The notes below the pieces were generated by a model, which worked only from the letters and a program-made list of their open reading frames with translations, did not search any database and was not told the DNA's origin. This document shows positions 27,201 through 37,304 of a stretch of DNA of 64,000 nucleotides, in pieces. The DNA is from an uncultured Lachnospiraceae bacterium. GTDB taxonomy: Bacteria > Bacillota > Clostridia > Christensenellales > UBA1242. The translations under genes and the position numbers were made by a program. The number at the start of each line of letters is the position of its first letter. Position 1 is the stretch's first letter. Location: NCBI GenBank assembly GCA_964432825.1, contig CAYSOX010000001.1:781-64780 (forward strand). The letters run 5' to 3'.

Positions 27201-28010
27201 CTAAAATGGGCGGTAATCTCCCTCGGGTTCCATAAGTTTTGTATATCTAGAAGTGTTAGGGTGTATTGATAGGCTATGAATTACATCTTCTGCAATAGAT
27301 TTTAACAATCCAGATTTTTTAAAACTAAACACATCTTCGGTTGAAATAATTACATGGTCGGCAATTTCAATATCGTTTAAAATGCAACTAGACACCAATT
27401 TATGGGTCATAATCAAGTCGTCATCTGAAGGTTCGGCGGAAGATGTTGGATGATTGTGTGAAATGATTATTTTTGTGCAATTGTTTTTCAAAACATAATT
27501 AGTAAGTTCTCTAATTTGAATTTCAACTTTACTGCAAGTGCCAGAAGATAAAACGGTGCTATCTATTATTGAATTATCCGCACGCAAGCAAATTATGAAA
27601 AATTGTTCAATTTCAGAGCAATTGTATTTTCGGGTAATATAGTCTTTAACCATTCTTTGGTCGCGAATTGTTGTGATTTCTTTGCATTTATCTTGATTAC
27701 AGCGTTTCATAATTTCGGGTATTAACTTAATCAAAAGGGCGGAATGTTCTTTTATTCCGTCAATTTTGCAAAGTTCATTAAAAGACGCATCAAACACATT
27801 TGAAAAACTATGGAATTCATCTAAAAGTCGGTGGGCGATTGGATTTGTGTCTTTTTGAGGAATAGAAAAATAGAGCATAAGTTCCAAAACCTCATGGTCG
27901 TCAAAGCCTAAAAGTCCGTTGTTTAAAAATTTATTTTTGAAACGCTTTCTATGGTTAGCGTGGATATTTTTTGGTTTAAGGTCTTTTAATTCTTTCATAA
28001 AATGTGCCAC
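27201..28010 (-). CDS. radC: RadC-like JAB/MPN domain protein
   Basis: HhH-type N-terminal region (..ELCKIDGIKEHSALLIKLI..) and JAMM motif ISHNHPTSSAEPSDDD. Confidence 0.85.
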   Translation of the reverse strand: MAHFMKELKDLKPKNIHANHRKRFKNKFLNNGLLGFDDHEVLELMLYFSIPQKDTNPIAHRLLDEFHSFSNVFDASFNELCKIDGIKEHSALLIKLIPEIMKRCNQDKCKEITTIRDQRMVKDYITRKYNCSEIEQFFIICLRADNSIIDSTVLSSGTCSKVEIQIRELTNYVLKNNCTKIIISHNHPTSSAEPSDDDLIMTHKLVSSCILNDIEIADHVIISTEDVFSFKKSGLLKSIAEDVIHSLSIHPNTSRYTKLMEPEGDYRPF

Positions 28011-28266
28011 TCTAAGTTATATTTTAATAATTTCATTTGACCATCTTTGCAAATAGTGTAAAAGTTTCACTTTTTAAAAATAGTGGGTTATTAAGGGCAA
28101 AGATTTTCAATTTGGAAATTTTTCATCTAAGGTAATTCTAACATAATTTCATTAAAATTTCAACTAAAAAAGTAGACAAGCAAAATTAATTTATGCAATA
28201 ATATACAAGGTAAAGTGATATACTATATAAAAATAAAAGTTTTGGTATTCAATATAGGGAGATGAT

Positions 28267-29073
28267 ATGGAAAAATTAGCAATTGTTACAGGCGCTACTG
28301 GAGGACTGGGAAATGCATATTGTCGGGAACTTTTAGGGCGAGGGTATGATTTAATAATTTCCGGCACAAAAAAAGAAAGGTTAGAATCCTTAAAAGAGTC
28401 GCTATCAAAAGAGTTCTCCGATGCTACAATCTGGGTAAAGGAGTGCGATTTGAAAGATGAGGCGTCTAGAGATTCATTTTTTGATTTTTTAAATCAAGAA
28501 GCATTGCATCCAAGCACATTAATAAATTGTGCGGGGTATATATTGGAGGGTAGTTTTTTAGGGTGTAACAATAATGAAGTTTTGGATGTTACACGAGTAA
28601 ATAATATAGGAAATATTGATTTTACATATAGATTTTTAAAAAATCGTGACACAAATGAGCGAAATTATGTGTTGTTTGTTTCAAGTATGGGCGGTTTTGC
28701 ACCACTTCCTCAAATGGCATTATATGGTGCAACAAAAAGTTTTTTGACAAACTTTAGTATATCTTTAAGACGGGAATTGAGGGATGAAAATGTATACGTG
28801 ACTGCAGTGTGTCCAGGAAGTATAGCAACAAGTGATGCAATGAAGCGAAGTATTGAATCGCAGGGAATAGGCGGAAAGTTGTCTTTAGTATCCCCTCAAA
28901 AAATAGCAAAAGTTTCAATTGATAAGTTGCTTAAAAATAAGGCAAAATATATTCCGGGCAGTTTTAATAAATTTGTTTGTGCAATTCAAAAATTTGTACC
29001 ACAAACTTTAATTGCCGATTTTACTTATAAGCGATGGGTAAAATGTGAAAAAAAGCGGGGGGAATATAGATAG
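28267..29073 (+). CDS. short-chain dehydrogenase/reductase (SDR)
   Basis: TGATGGLG cofactor motif, catalytic YGATKSF (YxxxK) and VCPG. Confidence 0.85.
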   Translation: MEKLAIVTGATGGLGNAYCRELLGRGYDLIISGTKKERLESLKESLSKEFSDATIWVKECDLKDEASRDSFFDFLNQEALHPSTLINCAGYILEGSFLGCNNNEVLDVTRVNNIGNIDFTYRFLKNRDTNERNYVLFVSSMGGFAPLPQMALYGATKSFLTNFSISLRRELRDENVYVTAVCPGSIATSDAMKRSIESQGIGGKLSLVSPQKIAKVSIDKLLKNKAKYIPGSFNKFVCAIQKFVPQTLIADFTYKRWVKCEKKRGEYR

Positions 29074-29330
29074 ATTTTCAAAGTTTTAAAGTGAAATTGA
29101 CCTAAAAATCATCATTTTACAGCAAATTATAAATATTCATTATTTAATTAGACAAAAAAAAGACACTTTTTATTGAATGTTCCATTTTGAAGGACTTTCA
29201 AATTTAAGTGTCTTTTATTGTTTTATTTGGTTTTTCGTTAGGGTTTTTAACAAAGTGTTAAAAGATTGTTAAAAACTAAATTTCTCATTCTTAATTCTTT
29301 GAGTTACGAATTGAATATTTTTACTAAAGA

Positions 29331-30725
29331 CTACAACTTATTTATTGTATAGCCGTCGGCGGAGTCTTTAATTTCGTAGCCTAAATCTTTTAGTTGGTTA
29401 CGAATAGCGTCAGCCGTAGTCCAGTCTTTGTTTTTCTTCGCAATCCAACGCTTTTCCGCAAGTTCGGAAATGTTGCTATCAACTGTGTTATTTTCATCTT
29501 GAAGATGTTTTTCTGCATTTTCAAGGTCTAAACCTAATGCTAAATCACATTTAATCATTAAGTTATAAATATCTTTGGAGCGGTTTTTAATTTTTGCCAT
29601 ATCCCAAAGAATAGAAAGTGCAAGTGGTAAATTTAAGTTATCATTTACTGCATTTAAGAATTTATTAAATAATTCGTCAACAACTTCGTTTGGGGTTTCT
29701 GACGAACCGTTTTTATGTTCTAAAACCATTTTGTACAATCTTGTCAAAGCAGTTTCGCTTGAACGCAATTCATCAAGCGTAAAGTTTTGCATTTTTGAGT
29801 AGTGTGCATTTAGGTATAAATATCTTAAAGCAAGTGGGGAATAACCTTTTTCACTTAAGGTGGACAAATTCCAAACATTGCCCAAACTTTTGCTCATTTT
29901 TCCGCCATCGACCATCAAGTGTTCGTGGTGAATCCAATGTTTAACAACCTTTTTGCCTGAAACACCATAGTTTTGTGCTATTTCATTTTCGTGGTGAACA
30001 TAACGGTGTTCAACGCCACCTCCGTGGATATCCACATTGTCACCGAAAAACTTTCGGCAGATTGCAGAACATTCAATGTGCCAACCAGGATATCCATTTC
30101 CCCAAGGGCTAGCCCACTGCATAATGTGTTCTTTTGGGGCTTTTATCCAAAGTGCAAAATCGGCAGGGTTTCTTTTAAACTCATCAACCTCAATTCTTGC
30201 ACCCATACGCTTTTTATCTTGATTCATTCCGCCAAGCCTACCATAGTCGGCATATTTTGTTATATCATAATAAATTCCATTTTCTGTTTCATAGGCGAAC
30301 CCATTTTTTAAAAGTGTTGAAACAAATTCAATTATTTCAGGAATAACGCCGGTTGCTTTTTGAATATGTGTTGGACGCATAATGTTAAGTTTGTCCATAT
30401 CATTTAAACATATTTTGGTATAATATTCGGCAATTTCATAAGGACTTTTATGTTCCCTTTGACTTGCCACAATCATTTTATCGTCGCCTTCATCTTCATC
30501 ACTGGTCATGTGTCCTACATCGGTTATGTTCATTGTTGTTTCAATTTTTTTGCCATTAAGCAATACAGCCCTTCTTATTGAATCCATAACAACAAATGCA
30601 CGCATATTTCCAATATGTTGGGTGGAGTAAACCGTAGGTCCGCAATAATACATTGTAATGGTATCACCGTTAAAAGGTTTAATCTCCTTTATTTGTCTAT
30701 CTAGAGAATCGTAAAGTTTTAACAT
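29331..30725 (-). CDS. cysS: cysteine--tRNA ligase
   Basis: HIGNMRAF (HIGH), KMSKSLGN and Zn-binding region WHIECSAI. Confidence 0.95.
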   Translation of the reverse strand: MLKLYDSLDRQIKEIKPFNGDTITMYYCGPTVYSTQHIGNMRAFVVMDSIRRAVLLNGKKIETTMNITDVGHMTSDEDEGDDKMIVASQREHKSPYEIAEYYTKICLNDMDKLNIMRPTHIQKATGVIPEIIEFVSTLLKNGFAYETENGIYYDITKYADYGRLGGMNQDKKRMGARIEVDEFKRNPADFALWIKAPKEHIMQWASPWGNGYPGWHIECSAICRKFFGDNVDIHGGGVEHRYVHHENEIAQNYGVSGKKVVKHWIHHEHLMVDGGKMSKSLGNVWNLSTLSEKGYSPLALRYLYLNAHYSKMQNFTLDELRSSETALTRLYKMVLEHKNGSSETPNEVVDELFNKFLNAVNDNLNLPLALSILWDMAKIKNRSKDIYNLMIKCDLALGLDLENAEKHLQDENNTVDSNISELAEKRWIAKKNKDWTTADAIRNQLKDLGYEIKDSADGYTINKL

Positions 30726-30740
30726 ATTTTCTCCTTTTAA

Positions 30741-31127
30741 TTAAAACATTTTTGTTAATTCTTGTGCGGTTTTCTTAATTTTATTTTTGTTACGGAGTTT
30801 ACATAAAAATTCTTCGGTGTGCTTAAGTTTTGAGTCTATCAATTCTCGACCTTTATTGGTAGTGTTATAATATATTCCTTTTTTATTATTTTCTTCTTTA
30901 TTTTTTACAAGAAGCCCTTCTTTTATAAGTTGATTGCAAGTAATTGCAAGATTGCTTCTTGCAAGGTTCAAAACTTCTACCAAATAATTAGGCGAAGTTT
31001 TTTCTCTTTTTGAAACTAAATACAAAATTTTGTGCTTAATATCAAAGCGTTCGCCACATTCGGTTTCTAAAAGATAATCAAAACCTATCAACAAATCTAA
31101 AATTTCTTCCGCTATTAATGTATTCAT
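30741..31127 (-). CDS. MarR-family winged-helix transcriptional regulator
   Basis: 128 aa. wHTH-like ..SPNYLVEVLNLARSNLAITCNQLIKEGLLVK...YYNTTNKGRELI. Sits between metG and cysS on the same strand, with 9-15 nt gaps. Confidence 0.65.
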   Translation of the reverse strand: MNTLIAEEILDLLIGFDYLLETECGERFDIKHKILYLVSKREKTSPNYLVEVLNLARSNLAITCNQLIKEGLLVKNKEENNKKGIYYNTTNKGRELIDSKLKHTEEFLCKLRNKNKIKKTAQELTKMF

Positions 31128-31136
31128 AAAATCAGT

Positions 31137-32738
31137 TTAAATCCTCGTAAATAATGGTTGTATTTTTTCAATATCAATCTTTGTGTTAAATTCGGTAATT
31201 TCTTCCCAAGATGGGGTCTTTGTAATACCTAAATATTCACGCAAAGCCCCTGCAGACTTTGGCATAAATGGTTCAATCAAATTAGAAAGGTTTGCTATTA
31301 GGTATGCGCAAGTGTATATAGTGTCCGCAAAACCATTTTCATCTTCTTTTATTTGAACCCAAGGTTTTCTTTCGTCAAAATATTTGTTTCCAAGTTCAAT
31401 TAAGTCCATAACAAGGCTTCCAGCCTTTTTAAATTCAATATTCTCTATTTCCAAACCAACATTTTTGTAGGTGGTGGCAATTGCATTTTTAATATTTTCA
31501 TCTACTTTGCCTAGTGGGATTTCAGTTAAGCCTTTGTATTTTAAAGTTCGGTTAACTAAATTTCCAAACTTGTTAACAACTTCATTGTGACAAGTTTTAT
31601 ATAGGTCTAAAGAGAAGTTGCAATCTTTCTTTTCGGGTCCATTTACGGTAAAGAAATACCTTAAAGTGTCGGTATTGTACTCATTTGCCCAAGAAAGTGC
31701 TTCAAAACTATTGCCCGATTTGCTCTTACTTATTTTTTCGTTATTCATAAGCAAATATTCGGCTGAAACCATACGGTTTGGAGTTACAAAATTTTCATGC
31801 AAGCCCTCTAACATTGCTGGGAAAAATAGGGAGTGGAAGGGAATATTATCCTTTGCATGGCACATATAAATTAGTTTTTCATTTTGAGGTTCGTGGTCGG
31901 TTTTCCAAAAATCTTCCCAATCAAATCCTTCTTTTTCAGATAATTCCATACATTGAGTAAGGTATCCTAAAAGTGCTTCGTACCAAACCCAAACGGCTTT
32001 ATCTTCAAACCCTTCAATTGGAACTTTTACGCCCCATTCAAGGTCTCGCGAAAAGTCACGGTCTTGCAAATCCTTTAGGTATTTTTCAGTTTCATTAATA
32101 CTGTTGTTACGCCAAAATGTACGATTTTTTTCAACATTTTCGGTTAAAAAGTTTTTAAATGCAGATAATTTAAAAACTAATACTTTATTTTCTTTTTGGT
32201 GGGTGGTCCCACCACAAATTAGACATTTCCCGCCCTCTAAGTCTTTTTCGGTTGGAACATATCCGCAATCACAATTGTCGGCTTTTGTACGCTTTCCGCA
32301 TTCCGGACAGGTTATTTCAATTTCGGTGTCGGCAATAAATTTATTACACTTATCGCAAAAAGGTCTTAAGTTTACTTTTTCATACAAATAACCATTGTTA
32401 TAAAGTTTTTTGAAAATTTCTTGACACTTTTCCATATGATAAGGGTCATAAGTGATGCCAAATTTATCAAAAGAAAAATCAAATTTTTTAAGTGCTTCAA
32501 CAAAGTTTTGATGGTATTGGTCAACTATTTCTTTTGGAGAACAGCCAAGTTGTTTTGCTTTTAATTCTAACTTTGTTCCATGGCTATCCGACCCAGAAAT
32601 CATTAAAACACGGTCGCCGTGCATTCGGTGGTAGCGACTTAATATATCACCCGAAAGTGAACTTGCAATATATCCTAAGTGTAAATTATTGTTGGCATAA
32701 GGCCAAGAAACGCAAACTACTACATTTTTTTTGCTCAT
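31137..32738 (-). CDS. metG: methionine--tRNA ligase, short form without C-terminal tRNA-binding domain
   Basis: PYANNNLHLGY (HIGH-type), Zn knuckles CDKC..CPECG..CLICG and KISKSKSG (KMSKS). Confidence 0.93.
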   Translation of the reverse strand: MSKKNVVVCVSWPYANNNLHLGYIASSLSGDILSRYHRMHGDRVLMISGSDSHGTKLELKAKQLGCSPKEIVDQYHQNFVEALKKFDFSFDKFGITYDPYHMEKCQEIFKKLYNNGYLYEKVNLRPFCDKCNKFIADTEIEITCPECGKRTKADNCDCGYVPTEKDLEGGKCLICGGTTHQKENKVLVFKLSAFKNFLTENVEKNRTFWRNNSINETEKYLKDLQDRDFSRDLEWGVKVPIEGFEDKAVWVWYEALLGYLTQCMELSEKEGFDWEDFWKTDHEPQNEKLIYMCHAKDNIPFHSLFFPAMLEGLHENFVTPNRMVSAEYLLMNNEKISKSKSGNSFEALSWANEYNTDTLRYFFTVNGPEKKDCNFSLDLYKTCHNEVVNKFGNLVNRTLKYKGLTEIPLGKVDENIKNAIATTYKNVGLEIENIEFKKAGSLVMDLIELGNKYFDERKPWVQIKEDENGFADTIYTCAYLIANLSNLIEPFMPKSAGALREYLGITKTPSWEEITEFNTKIDIEKIQPLFTRI

Positions 32739-32917
32739 TTTGTTACCACCTTTTATTAAATTATTTAACTTATTGTATTCTAAACAATAAAATTGTCCTT
32801 GTCAAGCACTTTTCGTTTTTTAAGATATTTCTATTTAAATTTGGCAAAATTTTTGTATATTTTAATAACAATTTTTACAAACTATCCATACATTTTGAAA
32901 ATTTAAAGGTGCAATGT

Positions 32918-34075
32918 ATGGAAAGAAAAAAATTAATAAATTTAATTAGTTATATCACGGCGGGAGTAGTGTTTTTGGTGTCAATAATTATCATTTGTGT
33001 TGATGCTAAGCGGTCGGCTGGAGCCCCTGAAACTGAGTTGAAAAATGAAACAAGCATAGAAGAAGTTAAACAAAAAACCGAGGAAAATTTAGAAACTATT
33101 GAAGAAAATTTTCCAAGTCAATTGTTAGCCCCTTTTGTAGATATGGTTGCATGGGTGGATAGTTATACCTATGGGGTAAATGGTGTGCCAAACTTAGGAG
33201 TTATTAGCGATGAAACGGGGTGTAAATATTTCAATCTGGGATTTATTCGTGCAGACACAACCAAGCCAACCGAAAGCGATGGAACAATTAGATGGGGTTG
33301 GGGTGGATATTACGATTTGAGTGAAAAGGGTGGAGACAGTTATCAATATGCGGGTATAAAAAAGGCAATAAGCGATGTTCGTGACCGCGGTGGCGATGTG
33401 ATAGTTTCTTTTGGTGGTCAATTAGGAAATAGTCCATGGACAGATAGTCAAAATGTGGACAAATTAGAGCAGATGTATTTAGAAGTTATTGATGCCTATT
33501 CACTAAAGCAGATAGATTTGGATATTGAAGAAACAAATCAAGATTATGACAACAATTTCGCAAACGCAAAAGCCATTCGTCGTGTGCAAGAAAAGACAGG
33601 TGTTGAAGTTTCTTTAACCATACCAATTATGCCTTATGGATGGGATGCAAAGCAATTAAATTTGATTCGAGCATATATAGGCGCAGGTGTTGAGTTGAAA
33701 ATGATTAATAGTATGACAATGTGTTATGGGTATAATGCCGTTGGTGTAAATGAAAGTTTTGGGGATGCGTCAATTCGAGCACTTAAAAATGCAAATTATC
33801 AATTAGTTCAATTATTTGAAGAATTTGGAATAACAATGAGTAGCGAATGGGCATATAAACTTATGGGTGCAACGGTAGATATTGGTTATGAAAACTCAGA
33901 AAATCCAGTGTTTACAGTTGCAGAAACTAAGCAAGTTGCCGAGTTTTGCAAAGAAAATAGTCTAGGAATGTATTCTTTTTGGTGTATAAATAGAGATGCT
34001 ATGCTTGAAAAAAATAGTGCAATTTATAGCAAATTTGCCTATTTTACCGCCTCAACTTACTACCTTGATAAATAA
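32918..34075 (+). CDS. membrane-anchored glycoside hydrolase family 18 (chitinase/endo-N-acetylglucosaminidase-like)
   Basis: ATG at 32918 follows aaaggtg. N-terminal TM. GH18 catalytic signature IDLDIEE. The upstream part of the 32492 ORF is antisense to metG and is rejected. Confidence 0.8.
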   Translation: MERKKLINLISYITAGVVFLVSIIIICVDAKRSAGAPETELKNETSIEEVKQKTEENLETIEENFPSQLLAPFVDMVAWVDSYTYGVNGVPNLGVISDETGCKYFNLGFIRADTTKPTESDGTIRWGWGGYYDLSEKGGDSYQYAGIKKAISDVRDRGGDVIVSFGGQLGNSPWTDSQNVDKLEQMYLEVIDAYSLKQIDLDIEETNQDYDNNFANAKAIRRVQEKTGVEVSLTIPIMPYGWDAKQLNLIRAYIGAGVELKMINSMTMCYGYNAVGVNESFGDASIRALKNANYQLVQLFEEFGITMSSEWAYKLMGATVDIGYENSENPVFTVAETKQVAEFCKENSLGMYSFWCINRDAMLEKNSAIYSKFAYFTASTYYLDK

Positions 34076-34174
34076 TTTGTGAAAAAATTTACAAAAAGTG
34101 CTGAAATTAGGTGCAAAATGTTTTTTGATTTGGTATAATACTTGCGACAAAACCCAAAGTGAGGTCAAGGTATT

Positions 34175-36925
34175 ATGGAAAATTTTCGTGAAAATACACA
34201 AGAAAATACACAAAATAGTAATGGTCAGTCACAAACTATAGGTGTTGGCGGTGGAACGGTTAGCGGAGTGAGAGATAACGGTTTGAACGAATTGATAAGC
34301 GAGTTTAAGTCGTTAGAAAATGAAAAACAAGCCACGGCAACCACAAATGCAAATAATTCAACAGCCATTGACGAGGTTAAGGGAAATCTTTCCGACCTTA
34401 CTTTTGATGAGCCGGAAAATACCAGCCTAATTCAAGAGGGTGAAAAATATACACTAAGTCAAGAAGAAAATGACCAAATTGAGAAATATCTTTTAGGTGC
34501 AGACGAAGACGATGAAGATGTTGTGGAATATGTAGACGAAGAAGAGGATGATGAAACTCAAGATGTCGAGACCGAAGAAGAGGTAGAAGAGATTGAAGAA
34601 GGCGTCGAAGAAGAAAAGGGCGAGAGTTTAGCAGAAGCCGAAGAAGAACCTCCAATCATAATTGAAGAGGATGACGAGGATTTTGATTTTGACGACGAAG
34701 AATCGGAAATGGACGATTCTTTTGATGATGAGTTTAATGAAGATAATTCAGACGACCAATTTGACGACGAAGATGACTTTGATGATGAAGTTCTTGATGA
34801 TGAGGATACCAATGATGAAGCACTAGACGAAGAAAATTTCGCTAGCGACGAGAATTCTGACAACGAAGATTATACAGCAAGTGAAGAAAATCTTGAAGAC
34901 GATTCCAAAGACCAAATTGAGGACTTTAGTGAAGAAGATGAATTGGATGCGGAAGAAGATAATTCAGACACATACAATGAAGATGAAGAAGATATTGATG
35001 AAGACGAGAACGACGAAGAATATGCCGATTATGAAGACGAGGATGTTGAAGGTGACGGAGAGGGCTATTTGCCGGAGGCAGAAGACTACTCAGAAGACAC
35101 AGAAGATATTGAAAATGAGAGTGTTGAAGATGTCGAAAATGAGGATTCTGTTACCGAATCCGACACTCAAGATGGTTTAGTGGGCGATGATGCCGAAGCG
35201 GATGCTACAATAGATAATGAAGAAAATGTAATTAATGATGAAAGTGAAGTGATGGGTGCCGAAACCGAAGAGGCAAACAATCAAATTCAAGACAATGTTT
35301 CAGAAAATAATGAAGATATTGACGATTTAATGCTAGGAGAAGGAGAGGGAAGAGTTGATGAAGTTTCAGAAAGTCAACAACCAAAAGTTGTTTCAGATAC
35401 TGAATCTTTAGTTCAAACACCAACCCAAGCACAGACTACCGAGCAACCAGTTCAACAGCCAGTGCAAACAACCGAACAGCCTCAGATGGTTCAACAACCG
35501 GTGCAATATGCAACTGAGCAGCCTGTACAACAACCGGTGGTACAGCCAATGCCAGCGGTTCAAACATACGAGTCTGAGCAATCACAAACAGCAACACCAC
35601 AACCAATGGTAAATCAAGTTGCTCCAGAGCCAGTACAAACGACCGAACCAGTACAAGTTACCAAACCGGTGCAACAACAAACATACACACAACCACAGAT
35701 GGTAGAGCAACCAGCACAGCCACAAGTTTATGGACAACCACAAATGGTAGCACAACCGGTTCAACAACCAGTGCAAACAACCGAACAGCCTCAGATGGTT
35801 CAACAGCCGGTGCAATATGCAACTGAGCAGCCTGTACAACAACCGGTGGCTCAACCAGAGCAAGCAGTTCAAACATACGAGCCTGAGCAATCACAAACAG
35901 CAACACCACAACCAATGGTAAATCAAGTTGCTCCAGAGCCAGTGCAAACAACCGAACAGCCTCAGATGGTTCAACAACCGGTGCAATATGCAACCGAACA
36001 GCCAGTACAACAACCAACTGAATCGCAATATATTGTGATGGCAGAGCCACAACAAAACTTGCAACAATCTACGAAAGAGGTAGACACATTCGCTACACAA
36101 AGTCAGCCAAATGGGTATGAAAAAAGTCCTCAAACGGCTGTGAATGTGGAGGATGAAAATAGTCCAGCAAATACAATTACACAAACAGAAGAGGTTAAAA
36201 ACACCGAAAAGCCAGCAGAAGAGACTAAAGAAGTTAGATATTTTGCACCGAATGTAACGAGTGCAGACAATTTGAAAGGAAATATAGAAGTTGTTCCATT
36301 AGGTATAGAAACCGAACCTGAAAAAGAAAATGTATATATCAATGTTGATGAGCCATTAGATTCGGGATTTGTAGATGAAGAAGTGGAAGATGAAAATACC
36401 ACTTTTGGCGTAACTACAATAGTTCAGACCCCAAGTGTAGATGAGGTAGATAGTAGAAGTGCGGAATTAAAGGAATTGGAAGAACGCTTGTATACAAGGA
36501 TAATGTCAAAACTTGCTAATATGAATGTGTCTTCAGCAGACGCGCGTAGTGTGATTTCGTCTGAAACCAGCGGAGTGGAACTTCCAGAAGAAGAGGTAAA
36601 ATTGGATTTGTCTGCATTTAAAGGAAAGGTTGAGACCTTCATTCCTCTAGAATCAATACCTCAAGCAACGTGGGAAGATGTCGTAAAAAGAAAGGGTCAC
36701 CATACTTATCATGTAACATGTGCTAAGGGTGGCGGATATTTCATTAAAAAGGCAAAAACTCCAAACCCATATGCATTTGTTGAATTAAAAGAAGAGGCAT
36801 TAGAAGTTGCTAAATGCTATGCAAAACGCGAAAAAGCCGAATTGAAGATTCATGATGCCAAGGGTGTTATTGAGCAATCTATGAGTTTTGGTAAAGAAAA
36901 GAAAAAACCAGCAAAAAAATCTTAA
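34175..36925 (+). CDS. 916-aa polyacidic / Q-P-V-repeat protein with C-terminal DUF2188-like domain
   Basis: RBS gaggtcaagg. About 300 aa of D/E-rich sequence, then tandem VQTTEQPQMVQQPVQYATEQPVQQP repeats. The C-terminus ..YHVTCAKGGGYFIKKAK..FVELKEEALEVAKCYAKREKAELKIHDAKGVIEQSMSFG fits the DUF2188 pattern. No signal peptide or TM. Confidence 0.85.
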   Translation: MENFRENTQENTQNSNGQSQTIGVGGGTVSGVRDNGLNELISEFKSLENEKQATATTNANNSTAIDEVKGNLSDLTFDEPENTSLIQEGEKYTLSQEENDQIEKYLLGADEDDEDVVEYVDEEEDDETQDVETEEEVEEIEEGVEEEKGESLAEAEEEPPIIIEEDDEDFDFDDEESEMDDSFDDEFNEDNSDDQFDDEDDFDDEVLDDEDTNDEALDEENFASDENSDNEDYTASEENLEDDSKDQIEDFSEEDELDAEEDNSDTYNEDEEDIDEDENDEEYADYEDEDVEGDGEGYLPEAEDYSEDTEDIENESVEDVENEDSVTESDTQDGLVGDDAEADATIDNEENVINDESEVMGAETEEANNQIQDNVSENNEDIDDLMLGEGEGRVDEVSESQQPKVVSDTESLVQTPTQAQTTEQPVQQPVQTTEQPQMVQQPVQYATEQPVQQPVVQPMPAVQTYESEQSQTATPQPMVNQVAPEPVQTTEPVQVTKPVQQQTYTQPQMVEQPAQPQVYGQPQMVAQPVQQPVQTTEQPQMVQQPVQYATEQPVQQPVAQPEQAVQTYEPEQSQTATPQPMVNQVAPEPVQTTEQPQMVQQPVQYATEQPVQQPTESQYIVMAEPQQNLQQSTKEVDTFATQSQPNGYEKSPQTAVNVEDENSPANTITQTEEVKNTEKPAEETKEVRYFAPNVTSADNLKGNIEVVPLGIETEPEKENVYINVDEPLDSGFVDEEVEDENTTFGVTTIVQTPSVDEVDSRSAELKELEERLYTRIMSKLANMNVSSADARSVISSETSGVELPEEEVKLDLSAFKGKVETFIPLESIPQATWEDVVKRKGHHTYHVTCAKGGGYFIKKAKTPNPYAFVELKEEALEVAKCYAKREKAELKIHDAKGVIEQSMSFGKEKKKPAKKS
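35448..36020 (+). repeat. in-frame DNA repeats encoding the Q/P/V-rich tract
   Basis: A ~203-nt block at 35448-35650 recurs at 35757-35960 (offset 309) with few substitutions. A third partial copy starts at about 35937. Confidence 0.85.
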
Positions 36926-36939
36926 AATTTTAAAATTAA

Positions 36940-37067
36940 ACACAACCCGAACTAGGCGGTGGGGTGCACCCAAAAGTTTGTTAACTTTTAGAGATTCACT
37001 TCACAGTAAGCGATTATGTAGTTGCAAAACTTTTTGCTTCAAGCCTCCAATGGGTTGTGTTTTTTTG
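36940..37067 (+). terminator. long structured terminator-like element after the 916-aa gene
   Basis: Outer stem ACACAACCC / GGGTTGTGT followed by ttttttt. The ~100-nt interior contains small hairpins GGGTGCACCC, aaaagtt/aactttt and gcaaaa/ttttgc. Confidence 0.5.
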
Positions 37068-37304
37068 ATGCTTTTATTTATCGTATAGCTTAAGTGTTCG
37101 GCTATGATAATATCGCCATACTGGGGTTTGGGGTGGTTGGTAGAAAAAGCTTCTAGGGTAAGTTTTTATGGGATAATTTAAAAATGTTTACAATAAAAGG
37201 TGGAGAGTAAATTTTCTCAAAATCGCTTCAATAGACAGAAGTTCGGTGTGGCTATTTATTTAATTTTTGGAAAGAACCCAAAGAGGAAGGTTCTTTAATT
37301 ATGG

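Noticed and set aside
23859-28010. Integrated prophage or integrative element at the tRNA-fMet locus.
   Set aside because: No integrase, recombinase or phage structural genes are present. The duplication covers the entire tRNA plus terminator, not just a 3' att core. Only a small set of accessory genes follows, so it is kept as a weak hypothesis in the findings.
32492-32917. N-terminal 142 codons of the 32492-34075 ORF. Analogous 5' extensions occur at 45778-45942 and 50079-50225.
   Set aside because: The first extension is antisense to metG and its promoter region. The second translates a REP element. The third is an AT-rich leader. Internal ATGs with good RBSs and signal/TM N-termini give sensible proteins.
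34398-36402. Multiple ORFs in other frames or strands of the 916-aa gene (poly-Ser 34558-34863, Leu/His/Trp-rich 35582-36184, and others).
   Set aside because: These are artefacts of GAA/GAT-rich and CAA/CCA-rich repeats. The sense frame is continuous for 916 codons and ends in a recognisable domain.
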